Part shown: positions 1-12,045 of the stretch, one piece after another | How positions within the stretch are numbered: the first letter of the stretch is position 1 | Layout: each line of letters starts with the position of its first letter | Assembly (NCBI RefSeq): GCF_009914755.1 | Contig: NC_060941.1 | Origin: the human T2T-CHM13v2.0 reference genome, Homo sapiens | Reading direction: 5' to 3' (one strand) | Length of the DNA: 64,000 nucleotides | Position numbers and translations under genes: made by a program | Notes under the pieces: model-generated | Told to the model about the DNA's origin: nothing | Database searches by the model: none | Seen by the model: only the letters and a program-made list of their open reading frames with translations

Positions 1-199
1 TGCTGGGGTTGGGAGGTTTGCTTTGTTACACAGTGTGGGGATGGGTGCTACATAATGATCTTTGAGTGGGCCAAGCTTTGATGGCTGGGCAGAGCACAAG
101 GTTAACACAATTGCCAGGCCTTCAGTAAGTTACCCTCAGATGCCATTTAAATGTAACTGTGTATGTATCCGTTTCTGTGATGGTGGACCCAGAGTCATT

Positions 200-1269
200 G
201 AAAGGCCCTGCATTTTTTTTTTTAATTTTAAAATTCTTTAATCAATTTCCTAATTTTTCCACAATGCACAATTTCCATTTTAATTTTTCAAGGAATATAT
301 TCATACAGCACAAAAAATGAAAAAGATATACAGAAAAGTCTCTCTCCTATCCCTGCTTTTCCATGCACCCAATTTCACACCCAGAAAACTGTTATTAGTT
401 TCCTGTGTAAGCTTTCAAAATTAATTCATGCATAAATAAGATGAGTTAAATATACATTATCTATTCCTCCCTTTATACAAAAGACAATATGTTTTTTACT
501 TTGCTTTTGTTTTGTTTTGTTTTGTTTTTTTAGCTGAACAATATATCTTGAGAACTTCCCATAGGAGTATATATTTTCTTTTATCTGTTATGCTGGATTC
601 TGCCACGTGAATGTCTCTTTATTTTTTTGTTTGCTTATTTAAATAATTATTTGTAACTTAATTATTCTTACAATCAGAAAAGATAAAAGTATATGTTGGA
701 GACAATGATGATAGTAGCAGATCCCACACACCTCAATATGTAGTGTGATTCCACTATTTTGGAAATAGGCAAATATAAATAACTAAAACTTACCCTACAA
801 GAGTCCACATAGACCAATAACCATGGAAAAATGCTAGGAAATAACAAATATATTTCTCTTATGGGCTAGCCCAGAGGAAGAGCCTTTAGAGTAGTAGACT
901 CCCCAAAAAGGTCCGGTGTGCCTCCCCTCTACCACACCATGGTTTATGAAGTGACACCATCCTCTTTCCCTCCTCCCCATTTTGTTAATCTATTTCCTGG
1001 TCACACCCTACCTCTGACCTTCTTCTCCAGCTATACGTGCTCCTGGGTCATTGCTGCTGCTTCCATGAATTTAATTATCATCCACGGGTTAGCAAGACAC
1101 ACATTCTTGTCTCCAGTCCAGGTAGCTTCAGCACAATCACCCATGTGTGTGCACCGACAACCACACAGGTAGTGTCTGAGTCACCTAAGGAAAGAAACCC
1201 ACTCAACCTCACCCAAGTGAAAAATGGGGGTTATGGAAGAATGCAGGGATGGAAAGGCCCTGCATTTTT
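200..1269 (-). mobile_element. L1-mediated retroposed insertion lacking a young TE (orphan transduction or retrocopy) with 18-bp TSD
   Basis: Identical direct repeat gaaaggccctgcattttt at 200-217 and 1252-1269; T-tract 213-223; ATTAAA on the - strand at 237-242. Confidence 0.7.
230..620 (-). mobile_element. Old L1M (L1ME-like) 3' fragment carried inside the insertion
   Basis: AT-rich sequence resembling L1ME 3' ends (actgttattagtttcctgtgta...; gaacaatatatcttgagaacttccc). Approximate bounds. Confidence 0.5.
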
Positions 1270-2019
1270 CTCTCATTGTTTCAAGAAAATGTTCTTGAGT
1301 GTTCTACCCACAAAGGCAGTCTGATATTTGCCATTAATGAGAGGCAAGTGAAGGGGCTAAATTAATCAGTGCTTATAGTTCCTGAGAGTTATGCCATGAG
1401 GGTAGGGGAGAGCCTCACTTTAGAGTCCTAGAAGTTGCTTTGTAGACTCAGAAAGAGCTATTTTGCTGGTGTTCAGAAACAGTTTTCCATTTTTTTTCTG
1501 CCCATCACTTAGGTCTGACTAGAAGGCCTCTAATTCTGCTTCCAAGGCCAAAAGGACAGCAGATTCGCTCATAAGAAAACCCAAGGGATACTTAAAATTT
1601 ACGAGCCAGTCCTCAGCTCCTTACCAGTGTGAAGTTCTCATTCACGTCAGCAGGAAGCTAGCCTACAGGGCAGGGCATCTCAATTGAGTTCTTTCTCTGC
1701 TTTGCTGGTTCAGAATCAAACTTGCCCTGTGGCTGCTTTAAGTGTTGATGTCTTGGCATCCAAAAGCAGGGAGACAGCTCCGTTTCTCCTGGCGCCTGGA
1801 GCCCATGCTTCAGGGCAGCTTACCCTCCTCCCTTCGGGATTGCTTTGGAATCCTCACTGTTTATAAAGGAAGCCCACATTGGCCCCGTTGTAATGTGTGG
1901 CACTCTTCACTCAATAGCAATGGGGAGTTCAAAACGTCTTAAGTGACCCTCCAGGGTAACCAAAATCCCAAATCCCTAATATGGAGTAACTGTTTCTGCC
2001 ATAGTGCTGCCTTAAGGAG

Positions 2020-2210
2020 CTGAACAGCACTTTGTGTTTTCCAAAGCTCTTTCATATACTTGGTCTCCTGTGGTCTGGCAAGCCCTGTGAAAAAAAAGCA
2101 AGGCAGATATAGTTAGTCCCATTTCACAGATAAGAAAACTGAGATTCACACAGTTTAATCATGCTGCTAGTTAGTTGTAGGGCTGGGATGCAAACTCCCA
2201 GATCATTACA
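2020..2210 (-). mobile_element. MIR SINE
   Basis: cccatttcacagataagaaaactgagattcac is the MIR core in antisense. Confidence 0.65.
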
Positions 2211-5124
2211 TCTTTCACTGCCATGGCTGAGTATTTTACTTTCTCTTCCTTTCCACCCTTCTAATTTTCCTCTTTCCCTTTTCTCTCCAATTCTGTTTTC
2301 CTCTGCTCATTCCTTGCTCCCTTTTTACCTTCTTCCTCCTGCTCAATATGTTTCTCTTCATTCTCTTCAACTCTCTTGTTCTACAAAGGATTTCAGGCAG
2401 GACCAAGAACCCTCTAGAATTACAGCACCAACTTTACCGTTCACCCAGCAATTTAAACAGGAACTTAAATAACTCATAGGGAATCTCTTTGCTTTTCTGT
2501 GACTCATTTTCTCCAGCTATGAAATAAGAATATCATGTTTGTATTTACAAGAAAATAGAATTGTAAGGGTTCTTAAGCCAGAAGAGCCCAAGGAAATATT
2601 GATATAGGACCTACATGTAACCTATCTCTTTAGATCGAATCTATATATACCTTGATGTAGTGATTTAACCTTCTCTTAACATTCTGAATAATGTTAAACT
2701 GGCACATTTGAGTTGCAGCCAGGGCATTCTCCCCCACCATCCTTTCTACTTGGGGAAACATGCAAACTAAATATTTTAAGAGCCCAGTGAAGAGTTGAGT
2801 CTATTTGGTACTGTAAATAAGGATATCTCAGAAATTGAAAGTGAAAGTATTAAATTCTCTATTTGCAGTCCAGTTTAGGCAGGCAGATGGTAACTAATTT
2901 CATTAGCCACTGTACCATGCCTCTTAGTGACCCCTCTCATCTCAATTTTTATTGATTTGCAGATGTTTGAAAGAATATCTGATATCAAAATTACTCTTGG
3001 AACAGTGTCTGATCTCATTTCCTCCCCTCCTCTGAAAATTAACGACATGAAGACAAGCTTTCATGAGCACCTGTCTCCAGCCTCCAAGCCATGAGGGACT
3101 GGAATGCTTAGAGAACAATGACTTAATAAATGAGGATTTAAATAGTTCCATCCTAGAGAGGCAAAGAAAGGCAATATCTCAAAACCATGTCCCTCAACTC
3201 TTAAAAGTATTATTTCTAGTTTGAAAAGAAGAGTCTGGATCAGTCAGCCCCTTCTATCCTGACAAATGATCAGAATAGATAGACCCCTGTGGAAGCTGTC
3301 AGTAATTTCTGAGGGGGCAAAACATCTACAGGAGAATGTCACTGGATCATTTCAAAAATCTATGTGTATTTGATTCTAGGACTATGTCTCTTCAGAATCT
3401 TTTTTATATCTCCCTAAATTCCTTGTCTGGGATGGTATTTTAACTCATTATTGACTAAACATATGGGATTGTCTATTTTGAGTGGATTCACTCTTAGAAG
3501 ACACTCTATGACTGGGAGATACCTGCTTACAATGACAAGTAATGTCCAAGTAGGGCAAATCAATCTGGGTCAAGCCTATGTCAATAGACATGTGCTACCC
3601 TACTGCACAGAACTGACCTTCTGATACCCAGATGTCTAATAGCCACACATTTAGGGGCCTTATGGTATTATTTATTTATTATGATGATGATTATGATTCA
3701 TCCCAGCTAATTTAACTGGCTTCATTTAGCTGGGCTGACCTGAACACTGGCCAGCTGCCTATAACAGTGGCCTAGAGTAACCTTCACTTCTCTTGTGAAC
3801 TTGGCCTGTAGTTCTTTGCTGCAGATGGCCTAGCCAACTAGGATGCTATTGGCTCTTCCTGTGGGCCATTCAGAAATTCTTCAGGGGTCCTTCTGAAGCA
3901 AGGAAGGGTGACAGCTTCTGACACATGGTTCAGGACATCTGTTGAGCTTCCGTAGCCTATTCGCTTATTTCTCTAAAGTATCTTTTTAGCACCAAATACT
4001 TGCCTCACAAATAAATTGTCAAATGACCCTAGTTTAACAAAGAACCAGGAATTAGTTAGCTTAGAGAGGAAGGTACTTAATCCACTAGGCTACATGTAAT
4101 TCTCCTAAAGTTTATGAAAAATTTTTATTATCTTTAGGGCTGCACCTTTCGTATCTCCCAAATACTGCTGCCAGTATTTTGTTCTTCATTTTAGTAGAGC
4201 ATAGGAGAGCCAATCAGGTGGCATCTCAGAAGGAGGAGATTGGTGAGAATGTCTGTTACTAAGTAGTGGGCATCATTTGTGCCTCCCTCGTTTTCCTTTT
4301 CATGACTGGCATGGAAATCACAATGCCTTCCAAAGAGGCAGAGGCTGAGTCAGATTTTTGCTAGGACAAAGTAAAACTTGGTTTCCTGGGGAGTGTAGCC
4401 AAACTGACTCAGAGGTTAAGGATCTAACAATTGCAGCAGGAAAGTCAAATCAGATTTTAGTACTCTTAATCCTATATCATCTTAGGGCTGCCTTCCAGAA
4501 GCCAGAAGTGATGAGATCAAAAGAAAAATGCCATCTCCTCTTCAGAGAGTGTGGCTCTGAGAAGCTAAGGACCGTGCCTGGGGGAAATAAACTTGCTCTA
4601 CCAAGAGTGTTCCAGAATCAAGAAGAAATCTCTTGGAAGAAATGGAATGTCCACTCTTTTCTTGTGTCTGTGTTGGGTCTCCAGGTGGTCCTACGAGGAC
4701 AGAGGCACAGATGTCAGTATGCATTGCTCATTTCCTCCATATCTTTCTTTTCTCCAATACCAAACCAGAAAGCTTCTCTGTTAGCATCTGTAACCATTTC
4801 TAGTTAACATCCACATTCCCTTAAGCAACTGGGAAGTGAATCAAGCAAATGTAGCATCTCTAAGCAAAGCAGTTTGATTTAGGGGGAAAAAAAAACCACT
4901 GCCATCTCACCTGGTGAAAACTAGCATGCTAGAAAAGAGCACAGGATGAAGCCTGACTGCCTGGGCTGCTGAGTCAACAATAGGAAAAAGTTTCTCATGC
5001 TGAAAAAGCAACCATAGCCCTACTAAACAGTCATACTTTGCTCACCTGCCCATTATAATTACAATGTCTTTCCAGCTGAAATCTAATAACTATCACCAGT
5101 GAAGCATCTTTCCTTGCCTTGCAT

Positions 5125-5450
5125 ATTCATTCATTCATTTGTTCAGACAACATTTATTTCATGCCCATTTATATGCCAATGGTCATCAATTTTATGACTT
5201 CACTTATTCATTCAGAAATTACTCATTTTTGAACCCCTATAAATGGGCCAAGTACTGTCTTAGCTACTGGGTATATGAAGATATAGGAGACAAAGTCCAT
5301 AACATTAAAAATTTATGGTCTAGTCAGTAATTCACATTTTATTCATTCATCTGGTCATTCATTCATTCATTTGCTTATTCATTTGACAGATCGTTGCTGA
5401 AGATCTACTGCATGCCAGGCACCATGTTAGGCACAGGGCCAAACATATTT
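5125..5450 (-). mobile_element. L2 3' end fragments
   Basis: (TTCA)n tails followed by L2-like tactgcatgccaggcaccatgttaggcacagg. Confidence 0.6.
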
Positions 5451-7524
5451 ATCCTAATCTTCTCCCCATCTTGTTTTGAATTCATTGTATCACACAAATG
5501 CCACCATCACCACCAAGCACAGAAGCAAAAACAAACCCAACAACTTTTCAGGTTTGGTGTGTGTTTATGTTTGTGGTCATTTTAAAGGGAGAGGAGGGTA
5601 GGCTTCAGATGGGTGAGTAAGGTTATTGAGTTATTCCAATGTATTCTTGCACATATGCACTGGTTTCGTGCAGGGTAAGATATTAGAAGGCAGATCCCAG
5701 ATTCAGGACAGTACAAAGTGAACCTTTAAGTGTTGGTGACTGTGGGACAGTGGGATAAGCTGTCTCACAAAAGTGAGATGTGGTTGGAGGTCAGGTGATG
5801 ACCCACGAAGGACAGCACAGAACAGATGCTACCCAGGAGACTTGTGACCCCAAATCGAAAGACTTTCTACTCTGAGATTTGATTGCCAAAACAGTCTCCC
5901 TGGCACATACTAAGTCTTCAATAAATATTCGCTACATGAATGACTAAGTATTAGGCCATTTGTTGGTCCTTGGCTCCTTGAGGGAGAGAGCTGGGCCCTA
6001 ATTATCTCTTATAGTCCCAGCACCTCTGTCCCTTCTCCAGGGATCTAGGGAACAGATCTGGAATGCAGGCCCCCACAAGCTTTCTTCTTAATAACCTAGG
6101 CATAAACGTTTTCACCATGGGGTTTAGCCACCTGGCAGATTCTCTCCGCAAAGGAGGAATCCTTTAGGGGCATATTCAGTCATCTTTGTTAAATTTCGGG
6201 TTCTGTTTTCTTCCCTGATTAGCAAATTGTTGGTTCACCTCCATCACCGTGAGACCTTGTGTACTCAGGGAGCAAAAATTTGTTTTGCTATCAGCTAGAA
6301 GGGCAAAATAGCTATATAAAGAAACCAAATAATGCCTTCTCAAACCAAACACTAGACTTGGCTTCTGGTTTAGCTCTGTTTAGGGTTATCTGTGGCCCTG
6401 TTTCCCTCCAGTGGCTGGTAATCAAGAAGAGAATGCATGATTGCCCCTGGAAACCAAGTGATAGATCCACAGCACTATGGGCCAGGCACCACTGCCTGAA
6501 GAGAGGCTAGAGGCAGGGGAAGCCAGGAGCCGACTTCAAGATTCTTAGGCCACAGGCCACACCATAATTCAGGTCATTGGACTTTGCCAAGGAAGCTTAT
6601 CAAAGAAGAAAACAGACTTACATTTTCTAGTTCTCTGCTTCTCTCTCAGACTGCAAGCCTTAGAAATTAGACTGGCTTTCTCCATCCTAAGCAGAGGGAG
6701 TAGAGGTTTGAGAATTTGATTGTTTGGTAATACAGAATGTGTAGCCTAGTGCAGCACTTAGGATGCCATTCTACTTTACCAGAATAGTTCAAGACACAAA
6801 GAATTGTTCAAACTGGAACAAGGGTCTGACCTGCTTGTTTGTGTCATTCAGGGACAGCCCAAGTCTGGCAGAAATAGCAGAAACTTTCTGCCACATAACT
6901 CAACCCATTAATTTAGATGAAACTATTACTAAATGCTAATTCTAAACTTTCTGTACTCTGTACACAAAGAAACTTCCAGAATCAATGCATACAGAACAAG
7001 GCTTGAGCCATTGAGTCCTGGAAGAACTTTCACAAGGCATTTTGATGGGCAAATATGGGAAGCAATCACCATTCTAGCAAGAGACCATGATCTTTCTGGC
7101 AGCAGGAGGAAAATCCAATTTCTGTGACAGCTACAGAAAATGACTGAGTTTGTTTGTGACCATCTCTGAAATTACGTCAGGTAACAAAGAAGCCAATATC
7201 TTTTCCCATTATTGACAAAGAGGAGACTGTGTTAAGCCAGCCTATTGGAAAACACTGGGTTTCCTCTGGCTTTTATCTGTAAATGACCACCGCTGGGAGT
7301 TAAGGGCTACAACTCTTCCTTGGGGAAACCCCATGTCATGATATGAAAGACTCGGTTTGAAGTGGGCCCAATTCTTGAGACGGTCATCCTTTCTAGTTGT
7401 ATCACCACTCATTTCAGCAAAAAGGCAATGCAGTATGAATTCAAGGAAGAAAGGCAATTTCCTTTAAAATATTGTGGCAGAGTCTCCTTTCTCCAGAGTC
7501 AAGCCTTGGTATATCCTCTACTCC

Positions 7525-7710
7525 TATCATTCTCAAAGGTGATCCCAAGACCAGTAATACCTGTATCAGTATCACCTGGGAATCTTGAAGAGCAGCAGCT
7601 GCTTGGGTCTCACCCAAGACTCTTGAAGCAGATACTCTGGGATGGGGCCCAGCAGTTTTTAACAATCCCTCCAGATGATTCCAATGCACACTGATACATG
7701 AAAACCACTA
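7525..7710. mobile_element. MER5-family hAT-Charlie MITE
   Basis: atcagtatcacctgggaatctt...ctctgggatggggcccag...ttttaacaatccctccagatgattccaatgcacac...aaaccact. Confidence 0.7.
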
Positions 7711-7796
7711 TTCTACTCTTCATTAAGAAATCTGGGTTCCACCATGATATTAAAAAAAGCCGTGTGTGGGCGGTGTGTGTGTGTGTGTTCAGTTAC

Positions 7797-8162
7797 TGTC
7801 TTAGTCAGTTTTGTGCTGCTATAACAGAATACCACAGATTGGTTAATTTATATTAAACAGGAATTTTTTCTCACAGTTCTAGAGGCTGGGAAGTACAAGA
7901 TCAAGGCACGAGCTTCTGGCAAGGGCCATCTTGCAGAATGCACCACATGGTGGAAGGGGAAAGAGAGAATGAGAGAGAGAAGAGGGGGGCCAAACTCATC
8001 CTTTATAATGAACCTACTCCTGAGATAATAGCATTAAGCCATTCATGAGGGTGGAGGCCTCATGGGCCAACTTTCTCTTAAAGGTCCCACCACTTAACAC
8101 TGTTGCACTGGGGATTAATTTTCCAACACATACTTTTTGGGGGGCACATTCAAACCACTATG
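7797..8162 (-). mobile_element. MaLR solo LTR (MST family, MSTD-like)
   Basis: tgtcttagtcagttttgtgctgctataacagaatacc...ggggcacattcaaaccac, typical MST termini. Confidence 0.8.
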
Positions 8163-8558
8163 GATACACATGTATTAAATATATAAAAGTATGGATGTAT
8201 ATGTACTAAATTATGGATTTTTTAAATTCAGGTTTTTTTTTCAAATTAAGGTAGTAGCTTCTATTATTGAAACCTCTTGCTGTTTGATGTGATAACTCTA
8301 AGTCCCTTCCACACTAACCTGCACATGTTCCCTGTGATCTGAGTACGGAGGTGAGGGGGCAGGGTGTGAACCAGCAACCTAAGAAATCAGAGAACATTCT
8401 ATTGACTAATTTAAACTAGATTATTAAGAATCTACTCTACCATTTAAGATTCTCCAAAAAAAAGTGAAACATTTGGCCTTTGGCATTTAAATGAGTCTGA
8501 TGAACAGAAGATTAAATACTAGATATCTTTGTAAAAGAAGCTGATTAAAAAGGCTGTG

Positions 8559-9075
<517 letters not shown>

Positions 9076-10156
9076 CTGTTCAAGCAACACTTGGTCTCCT
9101 TGTTACTGTTATTTTACTGGGTTCACCCATGGTGAATAGTACCAGAGTGTCCAAAGAATCCTTCCTGTGAAATGTAGATTCATTGGATCTCTTTGGAATT
9201 TTTCTTCAGGGACAGTGTGAGACAATGAATGAGAAAGAGAGTCACTGATTTTGGTGAACTTTTGGGGAAAGGTAATGGATGAGAAGAAAGGCACAGGCCA
9301 TGGGGTAAGGGTGGAGGTTGCTTCGGATCATTGGCCTCTGAAGCTCTGTGGTGGCTGCAGTTTTCCTTTCTCCTTATTGTTACGGCGTCTGGGCAGAGAG
9401 GAGCTTCGGAGCCAGACCTCTGAGGCTGTGTGTGGTGAGCCTGCAGGGGCTGGCAGTCGCTAAGGGCGGAAACCACTGTTTGGGAGCTGCTGGCGGTTTA
9501 ACTGTTTCTGTTGCTCATTGCTGAGGATGAGAAAAGGGCAGGAGGGTGAGAGCAATCTACTCGTGATTCTGTTTGTGGTGAGTCTGCTCACCAAGAGCTT
9601 CAAAGGTCTCTTTGGAACCAAAGGTTTATCAAGCAGCTTCCAGAACAAGATTTTCAGCTGGTTGAACTTCAAAACAACAGCCTCTGAGATTCATTTTGAT
9701 AATCTCCTTCAAAAGAACCACCTGGTCCATTGTAGAAGTCACTGGTAGCAACCTCATGGGAGATGCAGCTTTCCTCAGCTTACGAGGTCCTTGCTGCACA
9801 CCTAAAATTATTTAATCAGGAACCTTCCTATTGATGGTGTGAGTGTTGTGATCTGATCCTCTAAAATGCAAAATAACCATAAGAAGTCTCCTAGTGCCTC
9901 ACAACCTTAGGTGTGCTTCTGTCTCAAGGCTAGAGTTATATCTCAGTCATCTTAGAATTATTTTGGTAAAGAAATATGAAACCTCCAATTAATGAGTATA
10001 GAAAAACTGTACAACACTGGGGAGTGGTTAATAAATCATGTAATAAAACATTTTGCAACCATTAGAAAATATACTTTTATGTAATTTTAATGGCTTGGGG
10101 GGAAATGCTCCTACGGCAATATACAGAGAAAACAGCAAGAACCAAGACCTTGTAGA

Positions 10157-10340
10157 GCAGTGGATCTCAGAGTGCGGTCCATGGACTAGAAGCAGCAGCA
10201 TCTGGAAACTTGGAAACTTGGTAAAAATGCCAATTCTCAGGCCCTACCTTGGAACTACTAAGTCAGAGACTCCAAGGGTGAGCAATTGCGTGTTTTAATA
10301 GCCAAGTGAATTGATGTGTGTTAAATTTTGAAAGCAATTG
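10157..10340. mobile_element. MER5A-like hAT-Charlie MITE
   Basis: cagtggatctcagagtgcggtccatggact...aaatgccaattctcaggccctacc...tactaagtcagagactc. Confidence 0.7.
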
Positions 10341-11479
10341 ATATAGAGCCCAAATCAATGGAAAATACATACATATGGAAGAAAATGCACCAAAAGATAT
10401 AGTAGTTCTCTCTATTATAGAATTATGGATGATTTTTGCTTTTTCCTGTTTATCTTTTGTGAGATTTTTTCTGTATATTCTACTTTTTAAAAAATGAGTA
10501 TATTTTGCTTTTATATTTAGATAAAAAAGTCAAAATAATAGTTATCATGTATTTCTGCTACACATGTGTCATGTCAACTCATACCATATTAAGATTGTCT
10601 TGAAGATTTATTCATGCATCTTCAGTGTTTTTCAATTTCTTTTTCTTACAAATCAACTTCCCTGTATTTTCCTTGATGAATTTTCTCAGCTTCGCTGCTT
10701 ATTTACTGACTTTCCCACCCCCAAGTCTTAAAGCCCCCTGCTATTATTTATAAACAACATTTTCATCAAAGATCTCTATGCTTTGTTTGTCAGAAACAAG
10801 CAAATAGTTGTTTTTTCCTTAAGCACAATATTTCTTTATATATATATAGAGAGAGAGATTAATATATTTTCATCCATTAGTAACAATTTTAAGTTTTGCA
10901 TATATTTTCACACACAATGTACAGTTTCTTTGAATTTATCTGTTTTTGGCTACATCTTCTCAAAGCATTTTTAACAACTTGACCCTTCTAATTTCAAGAG
11001 TTCATTTACAAAGTAAGCAGATATAGTGGATCTGCATTTATACAGGAGAGTTAAGTTCTAAAATCAGAAGATACAGCCAATATCACATATGATCACATTT
11101 ACCCCATCTCAGTGATACCAGCTTAGACTGGAACAGTCTTGGAATAGACTTCATCTGAGTCCCAGCCAACAAGGCAAGAGGCTATGTTGTGCAAAAACGT
11201 ACACCTTTAATCACTTTAGCACTGTGAGATGCTCACACCACAAGAGAGTCTCAGTCAGAACCCAAATGAGGAAATAACAGATTCCTTCTATCTTATACTC
11301 ATTTTCTGGGCAATAGCAGATGAAATTGCCTGAGCTATTTAAATTACTCTGGAGGATTTGTTTTTTGTTGTGGTGGCTGATAGTACAGAAGTGCATTTGC
11401 CTGGGTCAAAGCTGCATGTGGTGAGGTCTCCCCGCATCTCTCCAATACCTTCCAGTGTTCCCTGGGCTTCTCTCTTTAA

Positions 11480-12045
11480 TATCCTCTCCCCCACCCTTGG
11501 ATAGTCTCCCCAGCAGGAAGGACTCTGACCCCTCTCCTGGTTTTCAGGTTGTACCCATCCTTTAAAATTCTTTGCAAAAGCTTCCTCCTACATAAAGCCT
11601 CCCCAATCTTAGCAGAAAGTAATCCCTGTACATTCTGAATGTCTTTGGGATATTTATGCCTCTTTATTATATTTACATTTGAATACGACTTAGCTTGCCC
11701 AGGGGACTCCCAAGGTTCTACAAGGCAGCATCCAGGTGTCTCTAACATCAATCTGGGCTTTGAATCACAGATCTGTTCTTTCTGGCCAATCTTAGGAAAA
11801 CTATCAAATTCCTCTATGTCTCCCTCCTCATCTGTAGAATGGAGATAGTTGTAGCAGAGACCCCTGAGAGTTGCAGTGAGCATTAAATGAGATACTACAT
11901 GTAAAGGGGCTAGCACAATAGCTGGCACATGGTAAACCCCAATAAGAGCTAGCAGTTTTTATTTCTATTCTCCATTGTGATTCAAATAGTACATTTGGAC
12001 TCCATAAGCATTTGTTCGTTGGCTAAATGAATGAATGAATGAATG
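11480..12045 (+). mobile_element. L2 3' fragment with nested MIR (~11750-11960)
   Basis: Pyrimidine-rich L2 body, MIR core ctcatctgtagaatggagata, (TGAA)n end at 12028-12044. Confidence 0.6.

Noticed and set aside
3702-3734. 9-bp stem hairpin cccagctaa...ttagctggg as a small RNA gene
   Set aside because: Too short for a pre-miRNA, with no Pol III, snoRNA or tRNA motifs; expected by chance.
4358-4807. 149-aa ORF (similarly 11476..11928, 13191..13505, 28754..29095, 32453..32812)
   Set aside because: No recognisable protein similarity or convincing splice context, and some overlap L2/MIR. Lengths are compatible with chance in 64 kb.
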